In this document: in pieces, positions 38,426-49,402 of the stretch
Layout of the letters: every line of letters begins with the position of its first letter
Numbering within the stretch: the stretch's first letter is position 1
DNA from: Chloroflexota bacterium
GTDB taxonomy: Bacteria; Chloroflexota; Dehalococcoidia; Dehalococcoidales; RBG-16-60-22
Assembly: GCA_018829775.1 (NCBI GenBank)
Contig: JAHJTL010000061.1
Span: forward strand, 5,280-69,279
Direction: 5' to 3'
DNA length: 64,000 nucleotides
Made by a program: the position numbers and the translations under genes
Notes under the pieces: generated by a model
What the model was told of the DNA's origin: nothing
The model's database searches: none
What the model saw: only the letters and a program-made list of their open reading frames with translations

Positions 38426-38954
38426 CTGTTTCCGCCTCCCCTTCACCGACCGTTGCCTTGCGTCGGGCAACTTCATCTTTCGGGTTCCTGAGCTGACTCA
38501 GGCCGAGTATCGTTGCCTTGGCCACGTTTACATGATTGTCGCTGCCCAGGGACTTGGTCAAGATGTCTTTAATGCCGCAGGCCTCAAGCACGGCACGAAC
38601 GCTGCCGCCGGCAATCACACCGGTGCCCGGAGCGGCTGGTTTGAGCATCACCCTGGCAGCGCCATACTCGGCGATTGTTTCATGCGGTATGGTACCCCCT
38701 TCCATGGGTACCCTGATCAGGTTCTTCTTCGCCGAAGCGCCGCCCTTGTTTATCGCTGCGGGTACCTCATTGGCCTTGCCGATTCCCAGCCCAACGTGAC
38801 CGTTACCGTCGCCGGTGACCACCAGTGCGCTGAACCTGAGGCGTTTGCCCCCCTTCATCACCTTGGCCACCCGATTAATATACATAAGGCGGTCATTCAA
38901 GACCAGGTCAGTAGTGTCCAGTCTGCTCATCGTTTGAATAAGTTTTTCGGCCAT
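38418..38954 (-). CDS. rpsE: 30S ribosomal protein uS5
   Basis: [36 protein letters not shown]... Confidence 0.95.
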   Translation of the reverse strand: MAEKLIQTMSRLDTTDLVLNDRLMYINRVAKVMKGGKRLRFSALVVTGDGNGHVGLGIGKANEVPAAINKGGASAKKNLIRVPMEGGTIPHETIAEYGAARVMLKPAAPGTGVIAGGSVRAVLEACGIKDILTKSLGSDNHVNVAKATILGLSQLRNPKDEVARRKATVGEGEAETGG

Positions 38955-38967
38955 TTCTATAATTCCT

Positions 38968-39333
38968 TTAAAATTTCAAACCACTTTGCCGGGCTGCCTC
39001 AGCCAGGGTTTTAATCCGCCCGTGGTACTTATAGCCACCACGGTCGAAGGCAACCTCTTTGATACCCTGGCTTAAAGCTTTCTTGGCGATGGCGGTGCCA
39101 ACCAGTTCCGCCTGGCCTGCTTTTGTTTTGCCATCCAGCTGAGCCTTGGTTTCCGGGTCGAGAGTTGAGGCGGCAACCAGCGTATGCCCTTTGGTGTCAT
39201 CGATGACCTGTACGTAAATATGGTTCAGGCTGCGGAACACGCACAGGCGGGGCTTGCTCGTTGTGCCCTTTATTTGCATCCTCACCCTTTTGTGGCGCTT
39301 GTGTCTTGCTATTCTCGGCGTTGTTTTGGTCAT
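38968..39333 (-). CDS. rplR: 50S ribosomal protein uL18
   Basis: [34 protein letters not shown]...[20 protein letters not shown]. Confidence 0.95.
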   Translation of the reverse strand: MTKTTPRIARHKRHKRVRMQIKGTTSKPRLCVFRSLNHIYVQVIDDTKGHTLVAASTLDPETKAQLDGKTKAGQAELVGTAIAKKALSQGIKEVAFDRGGYKYHGRIKTLAEAARQSGLKF

Positions 39334-39335
39334 GG

Positions 39336-39887
39336 CTACTTCTTCCCGACAACCTTGCCGGCCTTACCCGGCTTGAGGCGGACTATTTCTCCGGCATATC
39401 TGATTCCTTTGCCTTTATAGGCATCAGGAGGGCGAACTTTGCGAATTCTGGCCGCCATCTCACCAACCGCTTCCCTGTCGATTCCGGTGACCCTGATACG
39501 GTTGTTACCTTCCACGGATAGGGTGATTCCCGGCAGCGGTTCCACTTCCACTAGATGGGAGTAGCCAACGCGGATAACCAGCTTTTCCCCGACTTTCTCT
39601 GCCCGGTAGCCCACCCCGACGATATCCAGTTGTTTTTCAAAGCCACTGCACACGCCAGTTACCATATTATTGATAAGGCTCCGTGCCAGACCATGCTGGG
39701 AACGGTGTTCCTGGTCGTCGCTGGGCCGTGCCACAGTGAGTGTGTTATCCTCCTGGGTAATGGAAATCTCCGGATTGATAGTGCGGCTAAGCTCGCCTTT
39801 CGGGCCGGTCACTTTGACCCGGTTTTCATCAATAGTTATCGTTACCCCCGAGGGTATGGCTATTGGCATCCGTCCTACTCTTGACAT
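39336..39887 (-). CDS. rplF: 50S ribosomal protein uL6
   Basis: [33 protein letters not shown]... Confidence 0.95.
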   Translation of the reverse strand: MSRVGRMPIAIPSGVTITIDENRVKVTGPKGELSRTINPEISITQEDNTLTVARPSDDQEHRSQHGLARSLINNMVTGVCSGFEKQLDIVGVGYRAEKVGEKLVIRVGYSHLVEVEPLPGITLSVEGNNRIRVTGIDREAVGEMAARIRKVRPPDAYKGKGIRYAGEIVRLKPGKAGKVVGKK

Positions 39888-39909
39888 GCGATGTCACCCC
39901 GTTTTCTGA

Positions 39910-40308
39910 TTACCATACAGAACAAAGTAGTTCCCCCCCGATTCCCTGGCGCCACGCCTGGTTCCCGGTTTTAACACCTTTGGAAGTGGAGACAATGGTA
40001 ATGCCAAGCCCGCTAAAGACACGGGGTATTTCCTTCCCCCCGGCATAGACTCTCAGTCCGGGTTTGCTCACCCGCTTTATGCCACTGATTGCGGGCTTAT
40101 TATGGTCATAATATTTCAATTGAATTTTAATCACCCGCTGCGGTTTTCCACGGACTACCTCATAATCGTTGATGAAGCCCTCTTCCTTCAGAATGCGGGC
40201 GATGGAGAGTTTCAGCCTTGACGACGGCACCAGCACCTGCTCATGTTTGGCCATCAGGGCGTTACGTATTCTGGTTAACATATCGGCAATTGGGTCAGTA
40301 ACAGGCAT
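39910..40308 (-). CDS. rpsH: 30S ribosomal protein uS8
   Basis: [20 protein letters not shown]... Confidence 0.95.
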   Translation of the reverse strand: MPVTDPIADMLTRIRNALMAKHEQVLVPSSRLKLSIARILKEEGFINDYEVVRGKPQRVIKIQLKYYDHNKPAISGIKRVSKPGLRVYAGGKEIPRVFSGLGITIVSTSKGVKTGNQAWRQGIGGELLCSVW

Positions 40309-40326
40309 ATTATCCTCTCGATTTTT

Positions 40327-40512
40327 CTACCAGCTTGATTTTCTTACTCCCGGGAGCTGACCGACCAGCGCCAGTCGGCGGAAACAGATTCGGCACAGAC
40401 CAAACTGGCGGATATAAGCACGCGGCCGTCCGCACAGATAGCAGCGGTTGCGCTGCTGTACTCTGAATTTACTCGGTCTACTCGCTTTTGCTATCTTTGA
40501 TTTCTTTGCCAT
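40327..40512 (-). CDS. rpsN: 30S ribosomal protein uS14, type Z (61 aa, zinc form)
   Basis: [25 protein letters not shown]. Confidence 0.95.
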   Translation of the reverse strand: MAKKSKIAKASRPSKFRVQQRNRCYLCGRPRAYIRQFGLCRICFRRLALVGQLPGVRKSSW

Positions 40513-40514
40513 TC

Positions 40515-41066
40515 CTACTCCGTTCCATCCTTGGCAAAAGGCAAGCCGAGCAGCTCGAGAAGATGCCTGCCTTCCTCATCCGTCTTTGCGGTGGTGGCGA
40601 CTGCTATTTCCATACCGCGCAGCTTCTCTATCTTATCGTAGTCTATTTCCGGAAACGCGATTTGCTCTTTGAGGCCAAGGGTATAATTGCCCCGTCCGTC
40701 AAATGCGTTTGGCGGAACCCCGGAAAACTCCCGCATCCGGGGCAGAACTGCGTTCATAAGCTTGTCAATAAATTCATACATCCGTTCACCGCGCAGGGTT
40801 ACCTTCATACCGATGGGCATGCCTGCCCGCAGCTTGAAGTTCGCAATTGACCTCCTGGCGCGGGTGATAACCGGGTGCTGCCCGGAAATGGCGGACAGGT
40901 CAGCCTCGGCCGACTCCAGGGCTTTGGCATTCTGAATCGCCTCGCCGAGGCCGATATTAAGCACCACTTTAATCAGGCGCGGTACTTCCATTACATTTTT
41001 ATATCCGTATCGCTCCATCAGGGCGGATATCACTTCTTTCCGGTATTTATCCTTCAACCGCGACAT
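40515..41066 (-). CDS. rplE: 50S ribosomal protein uL5
   Basis: [43 protein letters not shown]... Confidence 0.95.
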   Translation of the reverse strand: MSRLKDKYRKEVISALMERYGYKNVMEVPRLIKVVLNIGLGEAIQNAKALESAEADLSAISGQHPVITRARRSIANFKLRAGMPIGMKVTLRGERMYEFIDKLMNAVLPRMREFSGVPPNAFDGRGNYTLGLKEQIAFPEIDYDKIEKLRGMEIAVATTAKTDEEGRHLLELLGLPFAKDGTE

Positions 41067-41378
41067 CTAGTCAATCACCTCTCTGCACTTGCGGCAGACC
41101 CTTACCTTTCTCCCATCCTCGAGGAAGGTGAAACCCACGCGTGTAGGGTGATTACATTTTCCGCACAGTAACATGACGTTGGAGACATCAATCTGTGCCT
41201 CCTGGTCAATGATACCGGCCTGCCTGACCTGCCCCCGTGCCCGGGAGTGTTTCTTGATGAAGTTAATCCCTTCCACGATTACACGGTTTTTCTTGGGATA
41301 GGCAAAACGCACTTTGCCCCTTTTCCCTCTATCCTTACCGACCATTACCTGTACTGTATCATTCTTTCTTATATTCAT
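41067..41378 (-). CDS. rplX: 50S ribosomal protein uL24 (with CxxC...CxxC)
   Basis: IRKNDTVQVMVGKDRGKRGKV (KOW motif). The C-terminus is LLCGKCNHPTRVGFTFLEDGRKVRVCRKCREVID. Confidence 0.95.
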   Translation of the reverse strand: MNIRKNDTVQVMVGKDRGKRGKVRFAYPKKNRVIVEGINFIKKHSRARGQVRQAGIIDQEAQIDVSNVMLLCGKCNHPTRVGFTFLEDGRKVRVCRKCREVID

Positions 41379-41390
41379 CAGCGTTTACCT

Positions 41391-41759
41391 TCAAAGTACT
41401 TCCGGCGCCAGGGAAATTATCTTGGTGAAGTCCTTGTCCCTGAGTTCCCGGGCCACCGGGCCGAAGATGCGGGTTCCCCGGGGATTGTTTTTATCGGTCA
41501 GGATTACCGCGGCGTTTTCATCGAACCTGATGTATGAGCCATCAGGACGCCGGTAGGGCTGGGCGGTACGTACTATCACCGCCCGCACCACTTCGCCCTT
41601 TTTCGTGGTGGCACCCGGAATGGCTTTTTTCACCGAGGCGACAATAATATCGCCTACCCGGGCGTACCGCCTCCTCGTGCCACCGAGCACGTTGATGCAC
41701 ATGATTTCCCGGGCTCCCGTGTTATCTGCGGCTCTCAATCTGGTGTATGACTGAATCAT
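41391..41759 (-). CDS. rplN: 50S ribosomal protein uL14
   Basis: [27 protein letters not shown]... Confidence 0.95.
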   Translation of the reverse strand: MIQSYTRLRAADNTGAREIMCINVLGGTRRRYARVGDIIVASVKKAIPGATTKKGEVVRAVIVRTAQPYRRPDGSYIRFDENAAVILTDKNNPRGTRIFGPVARELRDKDFTKIISLAPEVL

Positions 41760-41777
41760 AGTCTTAAATCCTGATGG

Positions 41778-42059
41778 TTACGATATATCCTGCGGTTGAA
41801 CCTCGGCGACCTCTCCTTTGGTGATTATCTCGGCAACGCGCCAGTGCTTGTGACGGGAAAGCGGCCGGGTCTCAATGATACTGACCACATCCCCTATCCG
41901 GCACTCATTTTTTTCATCATGCGCCTGGTATTTGGCAACCCATGTAATGGTTTTTCGGTATTTCGGAAAGCGTTTGGGTGTGTTGACGGCAACCACCACC
42001 GTCTTATCCATACGGTTGTTAACCACGCGTCCAATTCTGCTTTTACGCTTCTCTTCCAT
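41778..42059 (-). CDS. rpsQ: 30S ribosomal protein uS17
   Basis: RIGRVVNNRMDKTVVVAV...AHDEKNECRIGDVV. Confidence 0.95.
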   Translation of the reverse strand: MEEKRKSRIGRVVNNRMDKTVVVAVNTPKRFPKYRKTITWVAKYQAHDEKNECRIGDVVSIIETRPLSRHKHWRVAEIITKGEVAEVQPQDIS

Positions 42060-42063
42060 AACG

Positions 42064-42264
42064 CTACCTTATCCCCAGTTCTCTTTCTTTCAATATGGTT
42101 TTAATGCGGGCAATCCGCTTCTTTACCATCGGCAGCTCACGATGGTTCACCAGCTGCCTCGTTGCCAGCCGAAAACGCAGGTTAAGCAATTCCTGCTTTG
42201 ATTCTTCTATTTGTTTTTTCAGGTCCTCCGTACTCAGCGCCCTGAATTCATCAATTCTAACCAT
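42064..42264 (-). CDS. rpmC: 50S ribosomal protein uL29
   Basis: LSTEDLKKQIEESKQELLNLRFRLATRQL. Confidence 0.9.
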   Translation of the reverse strand: MVRIDEFRALSTEDLKKQIEESKQELLNLRFRLATRQLVNHRELPMVKKRIARIKTILKERELGIR

Positions 42265-42290
42265 TGGCCAGTTCCTTTATAACGTCATCA

Positions 42291-42713
42291 CTAAAGGGTA
42301 GCACTTGTCTCCCGGATAACGAATTTTGTAGCAAACGGGATTTTGTGCGAGGCCAGGCGTATCGCCTCTTTGGCGGTCTTTTCGCCAACCCCCGCCAGCT
42401 CAAACAGCATTCTCCCGGGTTTAACCACGGCTACCCAGTGGTCAGGGCTGCCCTTGCCACTGCCCATACGGGTCTCCGCCGGCTTTTTGGTGACCGGCTT
42501 ATCCGGAAAGACGCGTATCCATACTTTGCCGCCACGGCGCATGTATCGGGTGATAGCACGTCTGGCGGCTTCAATCTGTTCCGAGGTCATCCAGGCCGAC
42601 TCCAGTGCCTGCAGGCCATAATCACCGAAGAGCGTGGTGTTACCTGCCTGGGCACTCCCCCTTCGGTGTCCCTTGTGGGATTTGCGATATTTAACCCGTT
42701 TCGGCTGTAGCAT
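42291..42713 (-). CDS. rplP: 50S ribosomal protein uL16
   Basis: [19 protein letters not shown]... Confidence 0.95.
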   Translation of the reverse strand: MLQPKRVKYRKSHKGHRRGSAQAGNTTLFGDYGLQALESAWMTSEQIEAARRAITRYMRRGGKVWIRVFPDKPVTKKPAETRMGSGKGSPDHWVAVVKPGRMLFELAGVGEKTAKEAIRLASHKIPFATKFVIRETSATL

Positions 42714-43869
42714 CTTTCTCCTCGTCTTCGGTTACGCTGGAAGATTCTGCCTCGGCGACAGCCTCGCTGGTTGATTTCGTCTTCCGGCTTCTTTTAACGG
42801 TCGCTTTTACAGGTTTTTCGGCGACCTTCTCTTCGGCAACCGCCTCGGCGGTTTCTGTCGAAGTGGCCTCTTCCCTTTCAGCAGGCTTCGCGGCTCTGGT
42901 CTTTCGTTTTGCCGCCGGTTTCTCTTCCGCAGTCGCTTCAACCGTCTCCACAGCCGTAGCCTCAGCCGGTTTTTCCTCTGCTGGTGCGGCCGCTTTTCGC
43001 CTTCGGGATGGTTTGGCCGGCACCTCTTCCACTTTTTCTTCAGTAACTGCCTCAGGGACTGCTTCAGCTTCTGCTTCAACAGGGGCCGCCTCAGGCGCGG
43101 CTTCCTCAATGGCTTCAGAGGTCATCTCGGCAACGGGTTCAGCCATCTCCGCTTCCGGTTTGACTTCAGTGGATGGCTCAGAAACGGCTTCGGCTTCAGT
43201 GGCCATTTCTGCGGGCGCTCCCTCTATGGCCAGCTCCTTTGGCTCAGGAAGAACCTCCCCTTTGAAAATCCATACTTTGATGCCGATTCTGCCAAAGGTG
43301 GTGTGTGCTTCAGTTAAACCGTAGTCAATGTCCGCACGCAATGTATGTAAGGGAACCCGCCCTTCGTGCATTGTCTGACGTCGCGCGATTTCGGAATCAC
43401 CTAGTCGACCGGAGCAGCTGACCCTTATTCCCTTGGCGCCAGCCTGCATGGTGCGGAAAATCGCCTGCTTCATCGCTCTGCGGTAGGCGATGCGGCGCTG
43501 AATCTGCTCGGCAATCGTTCGCGCAACGAGCGCGGCATCCAGTTCCGGCTGGCGGATTTCCTGGATATTCAGGCGGACCTTTTTGCCGACGAGTTTTTCC
43601 AGGTAAGCGCTCAGCTCATCAACGCGCTGTCCACCCCGCCCGATGACGATGCCGGGGCGGGCGGTGTAGATGGTAACCGCCACGTCCTTTGCCTGCCGGG
43701 CAATCTCCACGAGGGAGATTGAGGCGTCCGCATACTTGGACTGGATCGCCTGCCGCAGCTTCAGGTCTTCCTGCAGCGACTCGGCGTAATGCTTATCGGC
43801 GTACCATTTGGCCTGCCAGCCCTGTATGATACCAATTCTAAAGCCTATCGGATGAACCTTACGACCCAA
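42691..43869 (-). CDS. rpsC: 30S ribosomal protein uS3 with ~175-aa A/E/K/P/T-rich C-terminal extension
   Basis: The core [24 protein letters not shown]...[14 protein letters not shown] is canonical. It then continues for ~175 aa of low complexity. The stop lies 23 nt inside rplP. Confidence 0.9.
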   Translation of the reverse strand: MGRKVHPIGFRIGIIQGWQAKWYADKHYAESLQEDLKLRQAIQSKYADASISLVEIARQAKDVAVTIYTARPGIVIGRGGQRVDELSAYLEKLVGKKVRLNIQEIRQPELDAALVARTIAEQIQRRIAYRRAMKQAIFRTMQAGAKGIRVSCSGRLGDSEIARRQTMHEGRVPLHTLRADIDYGLTEAHTTFGRIGIKVWIFKGEVLPEPKELAIEGAPAEMATEAEAVSEPSTEVKPEAEMAEPVAEMTSEAIEEAAPEAAPVEAEAEAVPEAVTEEKVEEVPAKPSRRRKAAAPAEEKPAEATAVETVEATAEEKPAAKRKTRAAKPAEREEATSTETAEAVAEEKVAEKPVKATVKRSRKTKSTSEAVAEAESSSVTEDEEKDATAETG

Positions 43870-44208
43870 TTATGCCTCCTCATCGGCAACGATAACCGTT
43901 ATGTGACTGGAACCCTTCCATATGGGGCTGATTCGACCGCGCGCCCGGGGATAGAACCGTTTCATCCTTGGTGCTTCATTGGCGTAGATACTGATGATTT
44001 TCAAATCCGACGGTGTCAACTGGTAGTTATTCTCCGCACTGGCGGCGGCGGACTTTACTGTCTTTGCCACCAACCTGGCATTCGGCGATGACGCAAACCT
44101 GAGCAATGTCAGCGCTTCATCAACCGTCTTGCCCCGCACCATATCAATCAACGGCCGTACCTTACGCGCCGATATTCCCGTGTCTTTGGCAAAAGCTCGT
44201 ACCTGCAT
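43870..44208 (-). CDS. rplV: 50S ribosomal protein uL22
   Basis: ISARKVRPLIDMVRGKTVDEALTLLRF... Confidence 0.95.
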   Translation of the reverse strand: MQVRAFAKDTGISARKVRPLIDMVRGKTVDEALTLLRFASSPNARLVAKTVKSAAASAENNYQLTPSDLKIISIYANEAPRMKRFYPRARGRISPIWKGSSHITVIVADEEA

Positions 44209-44233
44209 TTGATACCTTACCCGTAATTGCCTA

Positions 44234-44521
44234 TCATTTTCTCACCTGGCTTGCTCTTTCCGACCTGGAGACATGACCGCGAAAAGTCCGGGTCAGGGCG
44301 AACTCGCCAAGCTTGTGCCCTACCATATTCTCGGTGATGAAGATGGGCATGTGCCGGCGGCCATCGTGCACACCGATGGTTAGCCCCACCATCTGTGGCA
44401 GGATGGTGGATGAGCGTGACCAGGTTTTGATGACCGCTTTCTGGCCTGACTTGATGACGGCCTCAACCTTCTTCATCAACTTGGCATCGATATATGGTCC
44501 CTTTTTTACCGACCTTGACAT
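44234..44521 (-). CDS. rpsS: 30S ribosomal protein uS19
   Basis: [12 protein letters not shown]...[25 protein letters not shown]. Confidence 0.95.
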   Translation of the reverse strand: MSRSVKKGPYIDAKLMKKVEAVIKSGQKAVIKTWSRSSTILPQMVGLTIGVHDGRRHMPIFITENMVGHKLGEFALTRTFRGHVSRSERASQVRK

Positions 44522-44529
44522 TGTTACCT

Positions 44530-45360
44530 CTACTTACCGCTTCTTCGTTTTACAATTAATTTATCGGAAGCTTTTGGTTTGCGGGTACGGTAGCCGAGCG
44601 CCGGTTTACCCCATGGCGTCTTCGGCCCGGGCATCCCTATGGGGCTTCTGCCTTCACCACCGCCGTGAGGGTGGTCTCGCGGCGACATTGCCGAGCCCCT
44701 CACTGTGGGGCGCCAGCCCATCAGCCGTTTCCGCCCCGCTTTTCCAAGCTCAATATTCTGGTGGTCAACATTACCCACCTGTCCAATAGTCGCCATGCAC
44801 TCGCCGCGGACGCGTCGCATTTCACCGGAAGGCATGCGCAAAAGGGCGTACTCGCCTTCCTTGACCATCAGCTGCGCTGCCGTGCCGGCGCTCCGTACCA
44901 TCTGTCCTCCCTTTCCCCTCTCCATCTCAATATTATGAAGGGGGGTACCGCTTGGGATAGACTTCAGTGGCAGCGCGTTGCCCGGCTTTACTTCGGCATC
45001 TGGACCGGACATGACTGTATCATCGATGTTCAGCCCAACCGGGGCAAGGATATACCGCTTGTCTCCGTCAGCATAATAAATGAGCGCAATACGGGCGGAG
45101 CGGTTCGGGTCATACTCAATCGCTGCCACTCTGCCCGGCACGCCAGTTTTATCGCGCTTGAAGTCAATCACGCGGAGTTTCCGTTTCGCACCACCGCCCC
45201 GGTGGCGAACGCTTATTCTCCCCTGGTTGTTGCGCCCAGCCTGCTTCTTCAGCGGCGCAAGCAGCGATTTCTCCGGCTTGTCCTTGGTTATCTCTTCAAA
45301 TGTCGGGCCGCTCATTCCCCGTCTGCCAGGCGAGGTTGGGCGAAATACCTTGATGGCCAC
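44530..45360 (-). CDS. rplB: 50S ribosomal protein uL2
   Basis: [16 protein letters not shown]...[17 protein letters not shown]. Confidence 0.95.
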   Translation of the reverse strand: MAIKVFRPTSPGRRGMSGPTFEEITKDKPEKSLLAPLKKQAGRNNQGRISVRHRGGGAKRKLRVIDFKRDKTGVPGRVAAIEYDPNRSARIALIYYADGDKRYILAPVGLNIDDTVMSGPDAEVKPGNALPLKSIPSGTPLHNIEMERGKGGQMVRSAGTAAQLMVKEGEYALLRMPSGEMRRVRGECMATIGQVGNVDHQNIELGKAGRKRLMGWRPTVRGSAMSPRDHPHGGGEGRSPIGMPGPKTPWGKPALGYRTRKPKASDKLIVKRRSGK

Positions 45361-45382
45361 TCAATATCCCCCTTTTTCCGTT

Positions 45383-45667
45383 CTAAACACCTTCAAAGAA
45401 TTCTATTTTGTCCTCAGGTCTTAAGGTAACAATCGCTTTTTTCCAGGGTGGTATGGAGTACAGACGTCTGCCTACCTTTCTGGTCTTCCCTGTGACATTG
45501 ATAATATGCACGTTAATCACTTTAACTCGAAACGCTTTTTCCACGGCCTGCTTTATCTGAGGCTTGTTCGCCTCTTTGGCCACTTCAAACGCATATTTAT
45601 TCTGCACCTGCAGTATGGTATTTTTCTCCGTTATCAACGGACGTTGTAAGACATCAAACAGATGCAT
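45383..45667 (-). CDS. rplW: 50S ribosomal protein uL23
   Basis: LQRPLITEKNTILQVQNKYAFEVAKEANKPQIKQAVE. Confidence 0.95.
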   Translation of the reverse strand: MHLFDVLQRPLITEKNTILQVQNKYAFEVAKEANKPQIKQAVEKAFRVKVINVHIINVTGKTRKVGRRLYSIPPWKKAIVTLRPEDKIEFFEGV

Positions 45668-46307
45668 CTTTAACCTCTTCCACCGCTTTTTCTCCCCAGA
45701 GCTCTTCTATACGGCGTACTGCGGACACCGTCATCAATAGCACCTTGTGCGAGAGGATGTCAAGTACATTGAGCAGATTTGCCGGCATTGTCTTGATTCC
45801 CTTTATATTGCGCGCCGCTTTTATCACATGCTCCTCCGGTCCGGCCGTTACCACCAGTGCCGAGGAGTCTGCCCCTAGGGCGTTGAGCATCTGCACCATA
45901 TATTTTGTCTTCGGTTCAAGCTTCAGTTCCTGTACTACTTTTAACTCTTCATCCTTCACCTTGGACGAGAGCACACATTTCAGGGCCAGACGGCGCATCT
46001 TCTTTGGCGTATCCTGGTGATAGTCCCGCGGCCTCGGCCCGAAAGTAATGCCTCCCCCCCGCCGTGTTGGTGACCGGCGACTGCCCGCCCGTGCTTGCCC
46101 GGTGCCTTTCTGGCGGAACATCTTCCGGCTGCTCCCGGCGACCTCGCTTCTGGTCTTGGTCGAGGCGGTGCCCTGACGGGCGTTCGCCAGCGTCCCGACC
46201 ATCACCTGATGTACCACACCTTCGTTGAAAGGCACGGCAAAGACCTGGTCGCTGATTTCAATCTGGTCAATTACTTCGCCGGTGAGACCGTAGACTGGGA
46301 CCTGCAC
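45654..46307 (-). CDS. rplD: 50S ribosomal protein uL4
   Basis: ...RQKGTGQARAGSRRSPTRRGGGITFGPRPRDY. Confidence 0.95.
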   Translation of the reverse strand: MQVPVYGLTGEVIDQIEISDQVFAVPFNEGVVHQVMVGTLANARQGTASTKTRSEVAGSSRKMFRQKGTGQARAGSRRSPTRRGGGITFGPRPRDYHQDTPKKMRRLALKCVLSSKVKDEELKVVQELKLEPKTKYMVQMLNALGADSSALVVTAGPEEHVIKAARNIKGIKTMPANLLNVLDILSHKVLLMTVSAVRRIEELWGEKAVEEVKDASV

Positions 46308-46311
46308 TTCC

Positions 46312-46935
46312 TTACTTCCCCCTCCTTGCCTTCTTTATCAGCAACAGGCCGTTCTTGGCACCCGGTACGGCCCCCTTTATCAGCAGGAGATTGCGTTCCG
46401 GGTCGGCTTCAAACACCTCAAGGTTGCGCGCCGTCACGCGCTGGTCACCCATGTGGCCAGCCATACGCAATCCTTTAAAAACACGGCCAGGCGAGGTACC
46501 GGCGCCAATTGAACCCCGGGCGCGATGTCGGTCAGACTGACCATGCGTTTTGGGCCCGCCGGCAAAGCCATACTTTTTGACCACGCCGGCAAAGCCTTTA
46601 CCTTTTGATAGACCGGTAATATCAACCAGGTCACCTGACTTAAAAAGGCTGGTGTCAATCTTCTGTCCCTCTTCAATGTCCTTGATATCATCCAGCCTGA
46701 ATTCACGGAGATATTTAAAATGGCCAAGTTCCTTGAGGTGCCCGCGCTGCGATGAGTTGAGTCGTTTGACCTCACCAAAGCCGAGCTGAACGGCGTTATA
46801 ACCATCTTTTTCCGTCGTTTTCACCCGTGTAACGGTGCACGGCCCGGCCTCAATGGCGGTTACCGCGGAGAGTGTGCCATTGTCACGGAACACCTGAGAC
46901 ATGCCCAATTTTTTACCGATAATTCCCTGTACCAT
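46312..46935 (-). CDS. rplC: 50S ribosomal protein uL3
   Basis: MVQGIIGKKLGMSQVF...GKGFAGVVKKYGFAGGPKTHGQSDRHRARGSIG. Confidence 0.95.
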   Translation of the reverse strand: MVQGIIGKKLGMSQVFRDNGTLSAVTAIEAGPCTVTRVKTTEKDGYNAVQLGFGEVKRLNSSQRGHLKELGHFKYLREFRLDDIKDIEEGQKIDTSLFKSGDLVDITGLSKGKGFAGVVKKYGFAGGPKTHGQSDRHRARGSIGAGTSPGRVFKGLRMAGHMGDQRVTARNLEVFEADPERNLLLIKGAVPGAKNGLLLIKKARRGK

Positions 46936-46949
46936 CTTTTTTCACTCTT

Positions 46950-47258
46950 CTATAACTTGATATCTATCTCCACTCCGGAGGGCAGGTTCAGTTTGGTTAA
47001 GGCATCAATTGTCTTTGAAGTGGTCTCAACGATGTCAATGATGCGCTTGTACGTACGTATCTCAAACTGCTCCTGTGAATCTTTATCAATAAACGGGGAG
47101 CGGATTACACTGTATTTCTTGATATGTGTGGGCAAAGGTACTGGCCCAACCACCACCGCGCCGGTACGCTCCACGGCATCGACGATCTGAGCTGCCGACT
47201 GGTCAATTATCCGATAGTCAAATCCTTTTAGCTTGATGCGGATTTTCTGTTTAGGCAT
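46950..47258 (-). CDS. rpsJ: 30S ribosomal protein uS10
   Basis: [30 protein letters not shown]... Confidence 0.95.
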   Translation of the reverse strand: MPKQKIRIKLKGFDYRIIDQSAAQIVDAVERTGAVVVGPVPLPTHIKKYSVIRSPFIDKDSQEQFEIRTYKRIIDIVETTSKTIDALTKLNLPSGVEIDIKL

Positions 47259-49338
47259 GTCCTCTCCCCACTGCCTGTGCAGTTATTTCTTCCGTTAGGT
47301 CGGCCGGTAATTCCCTGTATTTATAATATTCAAGCGAGTGTGTTGCTCTGCCCTGGGTGAGCGACCTCACCCTGGTGGCATAGCCGAAGGTCTCGGCCAG
47401 CGGTATCAGACACTGGATAGCGTACACATCACCCTGAGCGTCAATATGCTCAATGTGTCCCCGCTTGGCATTGAGGTCGCCAATGATGTCCCCCAGGAAC
47501 TGCTCCGGTGCGACGATTTCCAGTTTCATTATAGGCTCAAGGAGAGCCGGCTTGGCTTTTCTGACCCCGTTTCTCAGCGCCAGAGAGCCGGCCATTTTGA
47601 AAGCGAGCTCGGAGGAGTCGACATCGTGGTAGCTGCCGTCATAGATGGTGGCTTTGATATCGACCACGGGATAGCCGGCGAGGACGCCGGTCTCCATTGC
47701 TTCCTTTATACCTGCCTCAACGGCAGGGATGTATTGCCTGGGGATAACGCCACCCTTGAGGGAATTAATAAACTGAAAACCACCGCTCCGACTCATGGGC
47801 TCGAGTTCCAGCCATACGTGACCGTACTGGCCGTGTCCTCCCGACTGCCGCACAAATCGGCCCTCAACCTGTATCGGTACGGTAATCGTCTCCTTGTAGG
47901 CGACCCTTGGTTTGCCTACGTTGGCGCCGACGCCGAATTCGCTTATCAGCCGGTTGACGATGACCTCAAGGTGAAGTTCGCCCATGCCGGAGATGATGGT
48001 CTGTCCCGTTTCCTCATTGTAGGTAACTTTGAAAGTGGGGTCTTCTTCGGTCAGTTTCTGCAGGGCCTGGGACATTTTATCCTGGTCGGCCCTGGTCTTG
48101 GGCTCAATGGAAATGGAGACAACCGGCTCGGGGAATCGGATTGATTCCAGCAGCACCGGCTGGGAAATATCGCAGAGGGTGTCACCGGTGAAGGTATTCT
48201 TCAAACCCAGAGTGGCGACGATGGAGCCGGTGTCAGCCTCTTCTACCTCCTCACGACGGTTGGCATGCATCAGGAGCAAGCGCCCGATGCGTTCCCGCTT
48301 GCCTGTGGTTGAGTTCCAGACCTGGCTGCCCGCTTTCATGATTCCGGAGTAAACCCTGAGATAAACAAGTCTACCGACAAACGGGTCGGAAACAACTTTG
48401 AAAGCAAGGGCGGAAAACGGGGCTTCATCGCTAGCGGGGCGGGCGACCTCTGCTTCCGAGGTAGTATCGATCGCCAGCACCGGCGGCACGTCAAGAGGGG
48501 AGGGGAGGTAGCTGATAATAGCATCAAGGAGTAGTTGTACGCCTTTATTACGCAGGGCGCTGCCGCAGAGAATGGGCACACCCTTGTTCGCCAGAGTTAC
48601 TGTGCGCAGTGCCTGTCTTATCATCGATGGGCTGACCTCATGGCCCTCAAGATAGGCTTCCAGGATATGGTCGTCATGCTCGGCCAGCTTTTCAATCAGG
48701 TCATGACGGTATTCATCGCAGCGTTTCTGTTCCGATTCCGGAACGGCGGCTTCTTGTGGCTCTGAGTCGGGCTTACCGTCATAATGCCACGCCTTGTTCT
48801 CGATGAGGTCGATGACGCCTTCAAATGATTCACCGCTGCTCAGAGGAATCTGGGTGGGCAGCGGTTTCGCCTTCAGGCGTTTTTCAATCATGGAGATGGT
48901 ACGTTTGAAATTGGCGCCGACGCGGTCCATCTTATTGATAAAGCAGATTCTGGGCACGCGATAACGGTTGGCCTGTCGCCAGACCGTCTCTGACTGTGCC
49001 TCGACTCCGGCCACTCCGTCAAAGACCACCACGCCGCCGTCCAGTACCCTGAGGCTGCGCTCCACCTCGGCGGTGAAGTCCACATGCCCCGGCGTATCGA
49101 TGATGTTGATGCGGTGCTCATGCCAGTAGCAGGTGGTCGCGGCGGCAGTTATGGTGATGCCACGCTGGCGCTCCTGCTCCATCCAGTCCATCACGGCGGT
49201 ACCGGTATCCACGTCTCCAATCTTGTAGGTACGGCCGGTGTAATACAGTATCCGCTCGGTAACGGTGGTCTTGCCGGCGTCAATATGGGCAATAATCCCT
49301 ATATTTCTGATTTTTTCTAAAGAAAAACTTCTCGGCAT
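47251..49338 (-). CDS. fusA: Elongation factor G
   Basis: [33 protein letters not shown] and NKMD. The start at 49338 was chosen by similarity to canonical EF-G N-termini. The longer ORF start at 49374 cannot be excluded. Confidence 0.9.
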   Translation of the reverse strand: MPRSFSLEKIRNIGIIAHIDAGKTTVTERILYYTGRTYKIGDVDTGTAVMDWMEQERQRGITITAAATTCYWHEHRINIIDTPGHVDFTAEVERSLRVLDGGVVVFDGVAGVEAQSETVWRQANRYRVPRICFINKMDRVGANFKRTISMIEKRLKAKPLPTQIPLSSGESFEGVIDLIENKAWHYDGKPDSEPQEAAVPESEQKRCDEYRHDLIEKLAEHDDHILEAYLEGHEVSPSMIRQALRTVTLANKGVPILCGSALRNKGVQLLLDAIISYLPSPLDVPPVLAIDTTSEAEVARPASDEAPFSALAFKVVSDPFVGRLVYLRVYSGIMKAGSQVWNSTTGKRERIGRLLLMHANRREEVEEADTGSIVATLGLKNTFTGDTLCDISQPVLLESIRFPEPVVSISIEPKTRADQDKMSQALQKLTEEDPTFKVTYNEETGQTIISGMGELHLEVIVNRLISEFGVGANVGKPRVAYKETITVPIQVEGRFVRQSGGHGQYGHVWLELEPMSRSGGFQFINSLKGGVIPRQYIPAVEAGIKEAMETGVLAGYPVVDIKATIYDGSYHDVDSSELAFKMAGSLALRNGVRKAKPALLEPIMKLEIVAPEQFLGDIIGDLNAKRGHIEHIDAQGDVYAIQCLIPLAETFGYATRVRSLTQGRATHSLEYYKYRELPADLTEEITAQAVGRGHA

Positions 49339-49402
49339 CGCTTTTGCCTTTACTGGATTCGGGTTCTTTGTCATAATCTTCGTGTTAATGATTATTCACC
49401 TT

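Noticed and set aside
42807-43109. A 100-aa highly basic ORF (KRRP/LKQK-rich) in an alternative frame of the uS3 tail.
   Set aside because: It is a by-product of the repetitive GC-rich tail. It has no RBS or recognisable start context, and it sits entirely within a better-supported frame.
42720-43240. Quasi-periodic nucleotide repeats that might suggest a repeat array or CRISPR-like structure.
   Set aside because: The repeats are imperfect, have no spacer/repeat architecture, and lie within the continuous uS3 reading frame. They are coding low-complexity sequence.
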